A DNA stretch of 64,000 bases from the human T2T-CHM13v2.0 reference genome, Homo sapiens (GCF_009914755.1 NC_060940.1); one strand, 5' to 3'. Positions 43,347 through 58,097 are shown, counted from the stretch's first letter. A program made the numbers and translations. The notes: generated from the letters alone by a model not told the origin.

Positions 43347-43517
43347 AGAGGGCTGGGCAAACTGTGGCCCACAATCTGTTTTTTTAAATAAAGTTTTATT
43401 GGAACACTTTTACTCCTATTTGTTTACATACTGCCACCATGGCAGAGTTGAGTAATTGCAGCTGCCTAAAATATTTATCATCTGTCTCCTTATAGAAAAA
43501 GTTTGCTGACCTCTGGA
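43347..43517. mobile_element. MER58A-like hAT MITE
   Basis: 'ggcaaactgtggcccacaatctgttttt..aaataaagttttattggaacac...agaaaaagtttgctgacctctg'. Confidence 0.8.
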
Positions 43518-45505
43518 TTGTAAGTACACTGTGGTCTATGGAATGAAGCCTGAGGAGAGGGGCTGTGGCTTCTAATGCTTTATTTGTAGATCTATATGTT
43601 GGAGCTAAAATTTCCTATTCTTTATGTCTTAAAGTACTGTGTGTGGCATATTGGTTGAACATTTTTTCGAATGAATTTTTTTTTCACTAAAAAACATACC
43701 ATATAATTGAGAAAGTGGAAAATATGTCTTCATTTTTGCCTTGATGCTCTCTATGTTATGAACAAAGATTAAGTGATTCACTGAAACAAAACAACTTGAA
43801 TTAGGCACTTCTGTTTTCCATCATGGCTCCACTTCTGCATCATCTGTAGCATTTACAAGATGAAAACTCAGTTTCATTCTAGGAGAGATGGACATGTAAG
43901 TCTCTCCTGGTGGCGGTTCACTGCTGCCTCTCACCCATGCATGTCCCGGGTCCAACTTCAGAAGCCTCAGTGCTTCACTCCAGTAACCACAAGAGGAGGC
44001 ATCTCCATCCTGCAGATCTGAATTTTTTTTTAATGTTTAAATCGCACATCTTTGTTTTTAAGATTTCATAAATCAGGGTTATGTGGCCAGGATTAAAGTT
44101 TGAAGGTAAAATTGATTTTAGCAAAGCATCCTGTGAGCATTTAGGCACAGCTTGGTGAGCTGAATTAATGCCTCTCTTTTGTTTAACTCCAGCCGCATCA
44201 TCATGGTGCCCACATAAATAATGCAATTAAGAAGCTGAGAGAACGGGTCTTATAGAAGCTGCTATTATATAGCTGGGTGACCTTGAACAACTCACCTGCT
44301 TCCTCTGGGTTTCATCCACAAATGAAGGGTTTGGGATAGATGGCCTCTAATCCCTGTCTGTTTAAAAAATTTAGTATGCGGAGACTGATTTCTATTATGT
44401 GGGTAGTGGAGTGATAGTCTTATTCAACATATTCTTTCTCTTCTAATTCTGCACACCCCGTTAAGTCTGGTCTTTGCCAGGGCCCCTTAGGTGACCAAGC
44501 AAGGTGGAATTGGCTGGCAAGTAGGGTTGTGCAGTCAGGGCTCTTACAGGTGTGCAAACAACAGAAACTGATTCTTTCAAACTTCAGAAAAGTGACGCGC
44601 TGGAAGGATAACAGAGAGCTCACAGAACCGGCAGGAAGGCTGGAGAGCAGCGACTGAGGGAGTGACCCTGGAATAGATGCTGGCTGCAGGTGCTTCTACC
44701 TGAACCTCAGCTCAGAACTGCTGCTATTCATTTATGGGAATTAGAAAAAAGTGCCCACTTTGCCACTACAAGCTAGATGTATGAGCTTGGTGAGTCGAGT
44801 GTGGGCTGCTAGCCACACCCAGGCACCCTCAAGTAGTGATAATGATAGTCCTGTTCTCCCTCACCACTGCTGGATTGTCATCTCCACTACTGCTGGCTTT
44901 GGTAGTCTCCATTGTGCCTGGATTTATGTGTCACCCCCTTTCGATTTAGGGTTCTGCACAAGAGCACTGGTTTGGCTTACTTTGAGCATGGACCAGATGC
45001 AAGGAGTGGAGAAGGGGAAATACACATCTCCTTTGGCTGCAATAGTGAGATTTTGGCTGCTGCCTCCCTGTGGTTTGGGTTCCACTCAATTGGAGAAATA
45101 TTTTCATGCTAGGTAGCCTAACAAAAGACAACAGTATAACTGCAAAGTGTGCAAAGTACAGATGCACAGGTTGTTCACTGCAGAACTGTTTTTTCAGTGA
45201 ATCACTTACTCTTAGTTCATAGCATAGAAAGCATCAAGGAAAGAATGGAAACATATTTTTCATTTTCTCAATTACACAGATGTTTCTTAGTGAAAAAATA
45301 CAAAAATTCATTGAAAAAAATCTTCAACCAATATGTCCCACACAGCACTCTAAGAGATAAGGAGTAGGAAGTTTTAGCTTTAACTTACAGGTCTGGAGAC
45401 AGAGGCCTGGAAAAAGGACAAGAGAAGCCATAGCCCCTCTCCTCGAGCTTTGCCCTATAGAGCACAGTGTCCTTATAATTCAGAGGTCAGTAAATTCAAC
45501 CCTAC

Positions 45506-45850
<345 letters not shown>

Positions 45851-47436
45851 TAAAAAGACAGATGGTAAATATTTTAGACAGTCACAACTACGCAATTCTG
45901 CCACCATGGCACCATACACATTGTACTCTAAATGCATAGTGTCCACTGGGGTTCTGCAGGGCACAGCAGTTGCAACTGTGTAGTAATCAAACTCATTCAC
46001 CTTCTCTTTCTGGCATTCTGTGAATGCTGACTCAGCAGTCCTCAGTCCCTTTTCTCTTCAGAGAACATCACATCAAATTCAGAATTATACCAACATTATC
46101 AATACATTGAGTAGGAACAAAGATTTAATTATTGGCTCCTTAATGTGACTTAGGTTGAAATATGCCAACTGTCATTCAAATGTTTTCACAAATACAAAAT
46201 GGCAAGTTGATCATTTGCGTGTTTCCAGAGAGTTTGCTTCATTTAGGTGATCTGTCTCTTTTTTCAACCTTTACAAAATTTAGTTTCTTCTGTTCAGAGG
46301 AATTTGCTCTGGAAACACCATGGGATGTCATGAAAGAAGTTAATATTTAAACTTGCTGCAGACATGTTTATATTGAATGCTCAATTTTGAATGCCAAAGG
46401 AAGGAGAGAGATTTTTAGTGATTTTCATCAACACAAATGCCTTCAACAGTTGTTAAGGGTTTAAAATGAGAGTTTTAAAGGAGACAGTTTTTCCTCCAAC
46501 TGTCCTACAAAAATCCTGTACTTTGCTCTCCTTGGTTGAGCTGTTTACATTCATTTTCCTGAGTTTAATAACAGAAAATTATTTTCCACTATTTTTTCTA
46601 GAAGCCTATGTTTTGACATAAAACCAAGAAGCATTTCCACTTCTTACATTTTAGTTTCCTCACTTCTCAAAGCAAAAGTAGTTCAATTAAATATCATTGG
46701 AGGGCTCCTTCGAGGCAGAGACCTTTAGAAATTGCTCTAACCCTTTAACATTTAGAAAAGCATATTTATAGAAGCAGAATGTCTTTGCAGTATGTGCTTG
46801 CTGTTCAGAGAGGGAAAAACTCCCTGCACTTTACTTTGAAGAATGAAGTAATTCCATTTCAAAGCTGGCCATTAGGAGTAATGGAGAGGCTGCCCAGATA
46901 GAGCCTCAAGTGTCATGGGCCCATCAGACTGGATTCATGTTTAGGTTTTAAATTAACTTCAAGGAGAGGGACCACTTCTGTTTTCACTGGGTTAGGGGAA
47001 CAAACATCAGGGTAGAGATTTTGGCGGGGGGGTAGATTTTTGAAATCACAAGAGGAAATTTCCTCCATGCTAAGTGGGGGAGTGTGTACCCCATCCATCC
47101 TCTCATTCTCCTACTTATCCATCCTCCCTCTTTCATCCAGCTCTTCAGTTGTCCCAGAATTTATTCAATAAAGTTTATTGAGCACTTACTGTGTATCAGC
47201 TCATATATGGGAATAGTGCAGAGAAACACGGAATGCCAGAAAAACAGATTCAGGGACAGCAAGGGATAAAAGGGAGGGAGGGGAAGGAAGTATAGCAGGG
47301 TGGAGCTAGGGAGGTGGCGACAGCAAGAGGAAGTGGGTCTGATGTATTTTTACATCAGCATTTTAAGCTTTTTCAGATTCACCCTCCAATTACTTGATGC
47401 GGTTTCTCTGCTGTGTAGAATTTCCATGACCAACTG

Positions 47437-48000
<564 letters not shown>

Positions 48001-48039
48001 TACACATAAAACAACAATCATAACAATAAAAACCCTAAA

Positions 48040-48530
48040 TATACATTGACACCAGGGACTATGCTGGGCCTTGGTATATAGTGGTGGAAAAAGAAAAAGA
48101 CATGTTCTCTGGCCTTGATGGAGTTTACAGCCTAGTGAGGAACAAATACAAGCAAATCAATATCTATTTATAGTTGTGATACAGGCCACAGAGGAAAAGT
48201 GTGAAAGTGCAGTGATGATTTATTGAACATTCATTGCAAGCCAGGTACTGTTCTAGGTGCTTAAATGTGTCATATCTCATTTATTCCTCAAAACAAACCT
48301 ATTTTATTTCCGTTTTTACAGACGAGGAAACTGAAATACAAAACCGTGAGCATGGGGAGACTTTGTTGTGATCAGAGAAGGCATCCTGAGGAACACACAC
48401 GTGAATAGGGGTTAGCTAGGCGAAGACAGGGGAGGAATGTTCTGGGCAGAGGTAATGAACAGCTCGTGTGAAAGTCCTGGGGCAGGAAAGAGCCATGGAG
48501 AAAGTCAGTCAGCCAGTGAGGGGCCTGGAA
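48040..48530 (-). mobile_element. L2 fragments with a nested MIR (~48215-48345)
   Basis: L2 'ctggccttgatggagtttacagcctagtgagg' and 'aatgttctgggcagaggtaa'. MIR 'tttacagacgaggaaactga'. Confidence 0.65.
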
Positions 48531-51500
48531 AGGAATGGATGATGACATCAGGATAGGGTGGGCAATGGAGGGCGTTGTAGGCTGGGCAGGGAAGAGGTAG
48601 GTGGTCATTATAGGAAGAATGGGGTGGCACTGAGGAGGTTCGGCAGGGATAGTGTGAAGCACAGCTCCAAGCAGAAGCCCTGAAATAGAAATATAGTTCT
48701 TGGCTGTCTGTCCACTTGTGGCTGACAAGCTCTCTCTGTGGTGTCTAAGCTTGCTGCAGGATGACACCTCCAACAATTCATGTTTTGCAGATTATAGTTT
48801 CCTCATTATTTGAAAATACTTAATGTTAAAAGGCTGGGTTGAATTTGAAAAACTTTTGCATTATTACAAGAAATTTCCACATGCCAAAGAGCTATTAGAT
48901 CCTTTAAGTATAACTTCAACAATTTTGGAATTGTTAAAATATTAAAAATGTTTCATTGTTACCTGTGCATACAAGTTTTCCCATGGATGATGACCACTGG
49001 GAATTTGGAGAAATCATCATTAACAAGTCTTTATCAGAAATTGCGTGGTCATTTCAAGCATAAAATATAATGCAAAAAAGTTACATTTACCAAAGCAAGC
49101 CCAAGCTTCTTAATTAAAACATTAAAAATATTTTAAACGGAGAGCTTATAAATTTTTTGCTTCCCGCAGAGATCCCTCAAGGGGAAGCCAGGGCCTCCTG
49201 TCCAGTGGGGCCTCAACAGGAAAACACACCACTGTGGGAGCCGGTGTCCTTGCGGCTCTCAATAACCACGCCTCCTTCCACACGGCCCTCTCCAGGTTCC
49301 CAAAGCAGGCTGTCTGTTCTTGTTCCTAACGGTAGGGGTCATCATTTCCCTTTTGTAATTTTTTGGAGACCAAAGCCAGTGCCTTCACAGGCTTAACTAT
49401 ATTTTTCCTTTTTTTTTGTTTATGGCATTAATCCTGAGGTTAGGGTCGGCCTGTGGTGAGCAATAATACATTTACCCTTTGACTTCGTGCACTAAGATGT
49501 AATTGATCATTTGAGGTCTCATTTGCAGGAGCTGGGAGCCTTAGTTCAGTTTAAGATAAATGGAGACAGGAGGACCCTTGTTTTAGTGATGTGTTGAAGA
49601 GAGCAAAGCACAGATATGACTGACTTATTTTATGAATTCCACTATCCCTCTCATCTTTATTTAAAAGCAAAAAAAATTTTTCTTTCACTAAGTGATTTGT
49701 TATTTAACATTTTATAGCCAGAGTCAGATCCTGGTGAGGGTAATTTCCCTTAGAATGCACATTAGTGTCTAGTTGGTAAATAAACTTGAGGCATTTTTAT
49801 ATTAGGCATAAAATAAAGATGAAAACGTTGACTTCTAAACCAAACCATAGCATAGAATTCTACATGGCACATGCTGTGTTGCTCCTTTGATTATAATTTT
49901 GTTGCCGCTTCCATTACAAAACAATTATCCAATGCATTTTAACTCGAACATAAAGAGCCATTTCTGGTGAAATGACAGTAACCGAAACTATTTGTTGAAA
50001 GCCTACTCAACCAACAAACAACATCATCTCTTCTGTAATCTTAATCTTCACAATGTTCCTGAAAAGTAGGTATCACTAGATTTGATAGACAACGAGACTG
50101 TGCCAAAGAGAAAAAAGGAAAAGATAAAATGACAAAACTAATAAGGGGGTAGAACTAAAATTCAAACCCATGTCTCAGACACTCAAAAGGCCCCTGATCT
50201 TGCCATGATACCACTTTGGGTTCTGAATGCTTTTATGAATGCTTTGCCTTTCCCTCTTATTTTTTTTTCTTTCCCTCTTTTTCATTTTCCTTTTTGGTTT
50301 GTTTTTCTTGTTTGCCAGTTTGAGGCTCTAGACATAAGATCTTTTCAATTCACACAAATAATGTGTGTCTGGACATTAATTTGGCCTGAGACTTAAGGAA
50401 CATCCTTAGAGTAGTCTAGTTAGTTTCTTTCTCCTCCTAAGAGGGAAACAGTATGTGCTCAGTATATTTTTAATCTTCTCAGTGGATGCAGCAGCCAATT
50501 GAATTCTTCAGGGATTTAGTTTCTTCTGCCCATGGGGCATTCTCCCTTTATCCTTGAGCAACAAAACTGGTTATTGAAAGAGAACCTTGGCCCAGCAGGT
50601 CCTGGGGTAAGTAAAGAGCCCCAGATAAAGAAGTTTATCCCCTGAATGACTGGCCTATATCAGGCCCCTGGGGAGTTCCCATTTAATGCCCTTGATTGGA
50701 CCACCCTGACGCTCAGGAGTCTGTGATGGGGCTCTACAGATGTAATGACTGCATGGGGCTTTCTGCAGGGTTGTCTCATCCAGGTATCCCAGGATGATTC
50801 TGGTCTGTGGCCAAGCAGATGCCATCTTCATGAATTCTTGCTTTTTTGCATAGTGGGGAGAGTGGGGCAGAGGACTCCCCATTCTTCCATAGTTAATGCT
50901 TTTCCCATCTCAGAGAACAGCCTGCCTAACTGTCCTCCCTCTGAGGCCAATTTCAGGTTCAGACATTGAGGCTCTGCATCCAACTGTGTCCTTGGAGGAA
51001 CACAAGATGCCAACTCTTCTTTCCTCCTGCCCCTTGCCACTAGAGTCCCAGGAGTGTCTCCATTTGTAATGAAACTCTAGGATATAAGAGTTCACAATCT
51101 TATATAGTATTATTTGATTATTTAAATTTGTTAAATATTTGTCTTTCTTTGCAGCTAATTTATATAGTGCATGCTATAAGGTAAACCTGTTTCCCTACTT
51201 CCTTGGATAGAGGTCAGAAGAAACTCATTGATGTTCCGTAGGGTATGAACCTGCTGAACACTGTAAAAATAATACAGAATTATAAGGTGCAATACAGAAT
51301 AGGAAATGTGCAAAGTGCCTTCCGGGACTCCATGAATAGGCATTTAACAAGGAGTAAACTGAGGCTCACAGACATTAGGGGATTTGTCTAGGTCACACAG
51401 CTAGGTCCTCAAACGAGAAAATAGTCTGGAACAGCCTGGAGAAGAGAATTTTCAAGAGAAAGAGAATCTGATTAAAGTTCATATAACTACTAAGGAAATG

Positions 51501-51548
51501 GAGGGAGTGAGCATGATCCTGTTGAATGATGCTTGGAAGATCTTTTCA

Positions 51549-51844
<296 letters not shown>

Positions 51845-52015
51845 CTTTTCTCATCTTTTAATATGAACTTGGCCTTCAGGTCCCAGCTCCAGTATCCTAA
51901 GCCTTCCTTTACACCCTTCTAGATGGAGCTAATCACTGCTCCTTGGTTTTCCGTGACACTGGATTCTTAAGGATCCTTCTTAGAGCATCCAACTCACTAT
52001 TGTGTTATTGTCCTC

Positions 52016-52415
52016 TGTGTTAGTCAGGGTTCTCCAGAGAAACAGAAACAAGATGTGTGTATACAGAAAGGTTTACTTGAAAGAATTGACTCATGTGACT
52101 GTGGAAACTTGGTGAGCTTAAAATCTGATGGGTAGGCTGGAGACCCAGGGAAGCAGGGAAGAGTTTCAATTTGAGTCCAAAGGCTGTCTGCTGGCAGAAT
52201 TCCTTCTTATGTAGCGGAAGTCCGTCTTTGTTCTATTCAGGACTTCAACGGAGTGGATGAAGCCCACCCACATGGCTGTCTGCTTCACTCAGAGTCCACT
52301 GATTTAAATGTTAATCTTATCCCAAACACCATCGCAGGAATATCCAGAATAATGCTTCATCAAATATCTGGGTGCTGTGGTCCAGGCAAGTTGCCACATA
52401 AAATTAACCATCACA
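52016..52415 (-). mobile_element. MLT2 (ERVL) solo LTR
   Basis: Minus strand starts TGTGATGGTTAATTTTATGTGGCAACTTG and ends ...AGAACCCTGACTAACACA. TSD tcctc/tcccc. Confidence 0.88.
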
Positions 52416-53699
52416 TCCCCATTCCTGGGTCTGTCTTCACTGCTAGACTGTGGGGTCCTCTGGGCCAGGGACTGTCTTTTATCTTTCTTTCCAGCACTCA
52501 GAAAGAACATACAGCAGGTACTCAATACATTCATTTTGATTTGAAAAAAAACAAACAAAATAAACAAACACCCCAAATTGCTTTCAAAAAAGTATTCCTT
52601 TTATTCCTACTGCAATTCTCTGCATTCCCCTACTCTTTAATAAGAGGAAACAGAGGCTTAAGGAAATATACCCATGATCACAAACCAGATAAGTGGCAGA
52701 GTTCTAGGCTGTGTGCTTTTTGCACTATATAGCACAATGTCCTTTGATTTGATAAAAATGTCAGAGGAGGTGGTCCGGGGTCTGGGGTATTCTGAATCAA
52801 TGTCTTACAGAAACTGTTATTCAAAATCTAGCCCAACTGTGCTCAGCAACAATGAGAATTTTATTAAGACCTATCATTTGCCTATTAAAATCAATCAGTT
52901 ATTTTCTGAACAGCTGCTAAATGCCTGTCCTTGACTGGAGACAGGTGATTGATGTATTTCCCTATCCCTCTATTCCTCCATTTCTCAATTCCTCCATCTT
53001 CTCCTCCCTCTCTCTCTCCAGCCAATACTTACTGAACATCTACTATGCACCAGGCCCCGGGGGAGGTGCTGGGGCCACAGCGAAGGCTAAGACCTGGTCC
53101 TGTTCTCAAGATGCTCATAGTCAGGGTGGTGGTGGGGGGAAGCAGGTGTGTCATCCACTAGCCACAAGGGCTCAACTGCAGCACCCATCTCTAGAGGCAG
53201 GGAAGCCTGTGAGCATCATAATGGCTATGATCCCAGCAGGGACTTGGGATCCAGTAGGAATGCCTGTGGGCAGTGAGAATGACCTCTGGGATTCTCAGGC
53301 ATGTCACAGGCAGGAGAAAGAGAATGAAGGAGATGTGCTATCCTTTGCCCTTTATTTCAGTCTGAGAAAGGCCACATATCTTTGCCAAGGGCAGCATTGC
53401 CCTCTGACAGCCTGATCTTTTTAGCATTTTTATCATCATCACCATCATCAATTATTATATGAATATTTATTATCAGATATTCAGAATCATTTGGTTGTAG
53501 CAGGCTATTTGGAGCTTCCCTTTCCTTCCATTTTTCTTCCCTTCTCAGCTCCTAACCCCAAAGCCACATGGAGACAGTTACCTAATTACTCTCAATTGAG
53601 TTCTCTTTTCAGTGTTTCTTTTTCATGGACAGCTCCACCTGCAAAGCCTGGTGGGTGGAAGGTAGCTTTCATCCACATCAGCCTTACAAGGACCTCTGA

Positions 53700-54010
53700 A
53701 CCTTCTCACACACTCTTCTATGTGCTTGGCACACTCTTCCTTTTACATGGCTCTTCCTCATCCTTTTATGTCCTAACTCAGATGTCACCTCTTTGGAAAG
53801 ACTATTCCTCTACCCCTCCCAATCGGCAGTAGCTCCTTTCCCATTTGCTTCTCACTGCCTCTTATTGTCTGGTTTATTTAATTGTGTAAGGCCTCCCCCA
53901 CTAGAATACAAGCTCTGTGAGGGCAGTGACATTGTCTGTCTTCTTCAATGTGCTGAGAACAGTGCCTTGCATGTACAGAGTATTCCATTCAGTATTTATT
54001 GAATAACTGC
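53700..54010 (+). mobile_element. L2 3' end
   Basis: 'ccccactagaatacaagctctgtgagggcag...cagtatttattgaataa'. Confidence 0.75.
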
Positions 54011-54454
54011 AAGAATGGTCGAAGCCACATATCCTGTCACTGCATGGCTCAGCACCTCTGACCCCCTGTCCCTGCTAGAACAGCCTTATGACAAGTGACT
54101 CATTACTTCCCACTCCTCATTCAGGTGGTTCTGATTCAGGACCCTTCATGGACAGCAGAACTTTGAATAGAGGTTTTCCAGCCATGCTGAGCCATCCATC
54201 CTGAACTCTTTGGCACCTTCCTATGGGTTGGGTGGTGATGTACCCTTGCTGTCTCCTGCCCACATTCCCAACTAGACTATGAGCTTCTCAAGGCCTTGAC
54301 ATGCTATTTCATATCTCTGACAGCACTAGGTGTTCAGAAAATACCTGTAGGTTATCCAGTTGTGACTGTTTTAAAACCTGTAACTGTCCAGATTTGGATA
54401 GAGTCAAGCAGCTCTCTGATCATCCCCCATCTACAAGTGACAAACTCCTAATAG

Positions 54455-54615
54455 TATAGTGGAGTGAATAGGAATTTGATCTTGGGAGTCAGTCAGTTTG
54501 GATATAAGTTCCAGCTCTGCTACTGTGACTTCAGGGCAAGTAACTTAACCTATCTGAGACTCAATTTCCTCATCTGTAAAATGGGCATAATAATAGTGCC
54601 CATTTTCAAGAGCTC
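54455..54615 (+). mobile_element. MIR
   Basis: 'ggcaagtaacttaacctatctgagactcaatttcctcatctgtaaaatgggcataataatagt'. Confidence 0.85.
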
Positions 54616-55168
54616 ATGAATGGAGGAAGGTGTCCTGGACATGTCTGGAGAGCCAGAAGGGTGGGGAAGAATTACTTTCAAGCTGTTGCTGTATTACAAA
54701 CGCTTATTGAATATGGTGGACTCTTAAGAGCAGGAAGAATCTTGCTGCTGGTGGGTGGCAGAGGATGGTGATGGGACAGGAACAATATGAATATGACAAA
54801 AATCACAATAAGGACTGTAGAGGGTTGCTCTGCCTCACAGGGTCATGCAGATTTGGGAGTCTCAATCACAGCCTTGGAACTCCAGGCAAAGGGTAGACTG
54901 TGCTAAGCTGCCTGCTCTGTTTAAAAGAGGTGACCTCTATAATAATCTTAGAAATGTTTCCACCAAGAATAATTAAAATAAAAACACATATGTAGACTCA
55001 TACTCACATAAACTGGCATGTAAACTGAAACTTTTAAATCTACCAGATCGTGAAATCTTTGAGGGGCAAGATTGATGAAGGTTAATCATGGGATCCCTGT
55101 TGCCTGCAAGGCACCAGACACAGCCTAAGCACTTAGGAGATGTGCTTGGTTGAATAAATGAATCTGGA

Positions 55169-55460
55169 GGCTGGAGGTGGTGACTCACACCTCTAATACC
55201 AACACTTTGGGAGGCCAAGGCAGGAGGATCGCTTGTGGCCAGTCTGGGCAACATAGGGAGACCCCCATCTCTATAAAATAAAAAAATTAGCCGAGCATGG
55301 TGGCATATGCCTATAGTCCTAACTACTTCGGAGGCTAAGGCAGACGGATTGCTTGAGTCCAGGAGTTCAAGGCTGCAGTGAGCTATGATTGTGCCACTGT
55401 ACACCAGCCTGGGAGACACAGTGAAAACTTGTCTCTGAAAAAATTAAAATAAATAGTATA
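55169..55460 (+). mobile_element. Alu (AluJ, small internal deletion)
   Basis: Dimeric AluJ directly after an L2 3' end ('tgaataaatgaat'). Confidence 0.9.
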
Positions 55461-55807
55461 AAACAAACGTGGAACTTGATTTTTGAGAAGTATGTAATTC
55501 TTATGCTCCTATCTTCTCATATTTGAGAAGTATGTGCTTCCTATATAATTCCTATAGTAGCAGTTACTCATGGTGGGAGGATTCAACTTGGTAGAAGGAT
55601 TATCTGAGGCATGGGCCAGGTAGCAGATGGGCTGGGTGTCAGAGCAGGGTGCATAACTAGAAGTGTGCTTTTACTCAAACACAGAGGCTAGGGGGAAGCA
55701 AGGTGGTTGGGAGAAGCTGCTTTAGAAATCTGGAATTGGGAAAGACCTGCAGAAATCAGTGGTACCAGCTCTTCCTCCTAGCACATGGAAATCTAACACT
55801 GATAAAT

Positions 55808-56100
55808 TATTTATTTATTTATTTATTTTTTGAGACAAAGTCTTGCTCTGTCACCAGGCTGGAGTGCAGTGGTGTGATCTTGGCTCACTTGCAACCTCTG
55901 CCTCCCTTGTTTAAGCGATTCTCCTGCCTCAGCCTGCCTAGTAGCTGGGACTAGAGGCACATGTCAGCACACCCAGTTAATTTTTTATTTTTAGTAGAGA
56001 TGGGGTTTCACCATGTTGGCCAGGATGTTCTCGATCTCTTGACCTCATGATCTGCCTCCCAAAATGCTGGTATTACAGGCTTGAGTCACCACACCCAGCC
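55808..56100 (-). mobile_element. Alu (AluSc-like)
   Basis: Dimeric Alu with a (ttat)n tail. Confidence 0.93.
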
Positions 56101-56104
56101 ATTT

Positions 56105-56462
56105 TTTAAAAAAAAATTTTATTTTTATTTATTATGGATGTATATTAGTAGTATATATTTAAGGGGGTATGTGTGATTCTTGATACAAACATATAATGTA
56201 TAATAAATCATAACAATTGGGATATTCATCATCTCAAGCATTTTTTTTGTGTTAGGAATATCCCAATTCCGCTCTTTTAGTTATTTTGAAATTTACAGTA
56301 AGTTATTGTTTACTATAACCCTCCTATTGTGCTACAGAACACTGTTCTAACTGTATTTTTGTTGAAGAGGACACTATAAAATTGAAAGATATTCCATGTT
56401 CATGGATTGAAGAATCAGTATTGTTAAAATGTCCATACTACCTAAGGTGATCTATAGATTTC
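56105..56462. mobile_element. L1MA 3' end (minus, ~56105-56362) joined to an inverted ORF2 fragment (plus, ~56363-56462)
   Basis: Antisense L1MA 3' end followed by sense 'gaagaggacac...gatattccatgttcatggattgaagaatcagtattgttaaaatgtccatactacc'. Confidence 0.75.
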
Positions 56463-57094
56463 CCAGTTCTTTTTAAAGATCTCCAAGGATAGGGGGCCAC
56501 CATTTTTTCACTGGTGACTCTTATGACTGACCACTGTCTCTCTTGACGTATTGGGAGCAAACATCTCATTTTTGGGCCCCTAGGAAAATGTAAAGGAGAG
56601 CTCAGCATCCTCGAATGCTTCATTGACCTCATTTACTGCAATATCTTTAAAGTATTTTGACCACAGCTGACTAAGACACCCAATGTAGGCCTTACAAATG
56701 AGAAGGTTCAACAGGACAGGCAAATCACAGTATTCTGAAAGCTCCATCACCAACTATTAATGTTCTGACCCAGCTGGGGTTGTCAGCTCTAGGTGGCTCG
56801 GGTGAAATAACCAAATGTTCCAAGGGTCAGTGGAATGTGGCCACGATGTGCTCAACACAGCCAGCCACACTGAGTTTGGAAGGTGAGCTTTTATTTTGAT
56901 ATTTGGGAGGCCACAAGGTAGCTAGGGATTAGGAAAAGGGCTCTAGCACTGGGTATGCAGTATGAATAGTAAGGTCCTCTGGGAAAACTAGGTGAGTGAT
57001 TGGATTAAACTCAGAATAGTGATTAAAGGAGGGCTCTAATACAAATAGCAATAATTGCAAATGGTCATTAAGTTTTAATGACAAAAATAGCTTT

Positions 57095-57245
57095 TTGAAA
57101 AAAGCACTTGTAATATGCAAGGTATTCTGCTAAGCCCTTTACACATATTATGTCGGTTAATATTCTCACCAAACTATGAGTTGATTATGCCTGTTTTACA
57201 GATAAGGAAACTGAGGTATATAGCAGTTTAATAACTTGCCAGGCC
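57095..57245 (-). mobile_element. MIR
   Basis: 'gttttacagataaggaaactgaggt...taacttgcc'. Confidence 0.75.
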
Positions 57246-57265
57246 CTGTGTTAAAGACTTACTAC

Positions 57266-57510
57266 TAGTGGTTATTAACTCTCAGTGATTTTGTCTCCCA
57301 GGGGAGATATGACATTTTTGTTTCTCACAAAAATGCAGACATTTTTGGTTCTCACATGGCATGTGGAGGGTGTTCTATTGACATCTAATAGGTGGAGGCC
57401 CAGAATTCTGCTAAATATTCTACAGTGGATAGGACAGTCTGCTACCTGTGACCCCAACAAAAAATAAGCTCAAAATGTCAATAATGCCCGGTTTGAGAAA
57501 TCTTGCTTTA
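57266..57510. mobile_element. MER20 (hAT)
   Basis: 'gtgattttgtctcccagggga...gacatttttggtt...ggtggaggcccagaattctgctaaatattctaca...caaaatgtcaataatgcc..gtttgagaaa'. Confidence 0.8.
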
Positions 57511-57534
57511 TACGAGTTGTCAAATTTAATTCAT

Positions 57535-58097
57535 TTTTAAAAATTAATTTTAATTTTAATTTTAAGTTTCTGGGTATATGTGCAGGATGTGCAGGTTTGC
57601 TACATAGGTAAATGTGTGCTATGGTGGTTTGCTGCACCTATCTACCCATCACCTAGGTATTAAGCCCAGCATGCATTAGCTATTTTTCCTAATGCTCTCC
57701 CTCCCCTCACTTCACCCCCCAACAGGCCCCAGTGTGTGTTATTCCCCTCCCCGTGACCATGTGTTCTCATTGTTCAGCTCCCACTTATAAATGAGAACAT
57801 GTGGTGTTTGGTTTTTTGTTCCTGTGTTAGTTTGCTGAGGATAATGGCTTCCAGCTTCATCCATGTCCCTGGAAAGGACATGATCTCCTTCCTTTCTATG
57901 GCTGCATAGTATTCCATAGTGTATATGTACCACATTTTCTTTATCTAGTCTATAATTGATGGGCATTTGGGTTGATTCCATGTCTTTGCTATTATGAATA
58001 GTGCTGCAATGAATATATGTGTGCATGTATCTTTGTAATAGAATGATTTACATTCATTTGGGTATATACCCAGTAATGGGATAGTTAGGTCAAATAT
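57535..58097 (-). mobile_element. 5'-truncated L1PA (L1PA8-13-like) 3' end
   Basis: Same type as 23095-23605. Probable TSD aatttaattc. Followed by a MIR at ~58100-58240. Confidence 0.9.

Noticed and set aside
52253-53415. 159-aa and 164-aa ORFs
   Set aside because: They run through MLT2 and L2 remnants, with no recognisable domain or exon structure.
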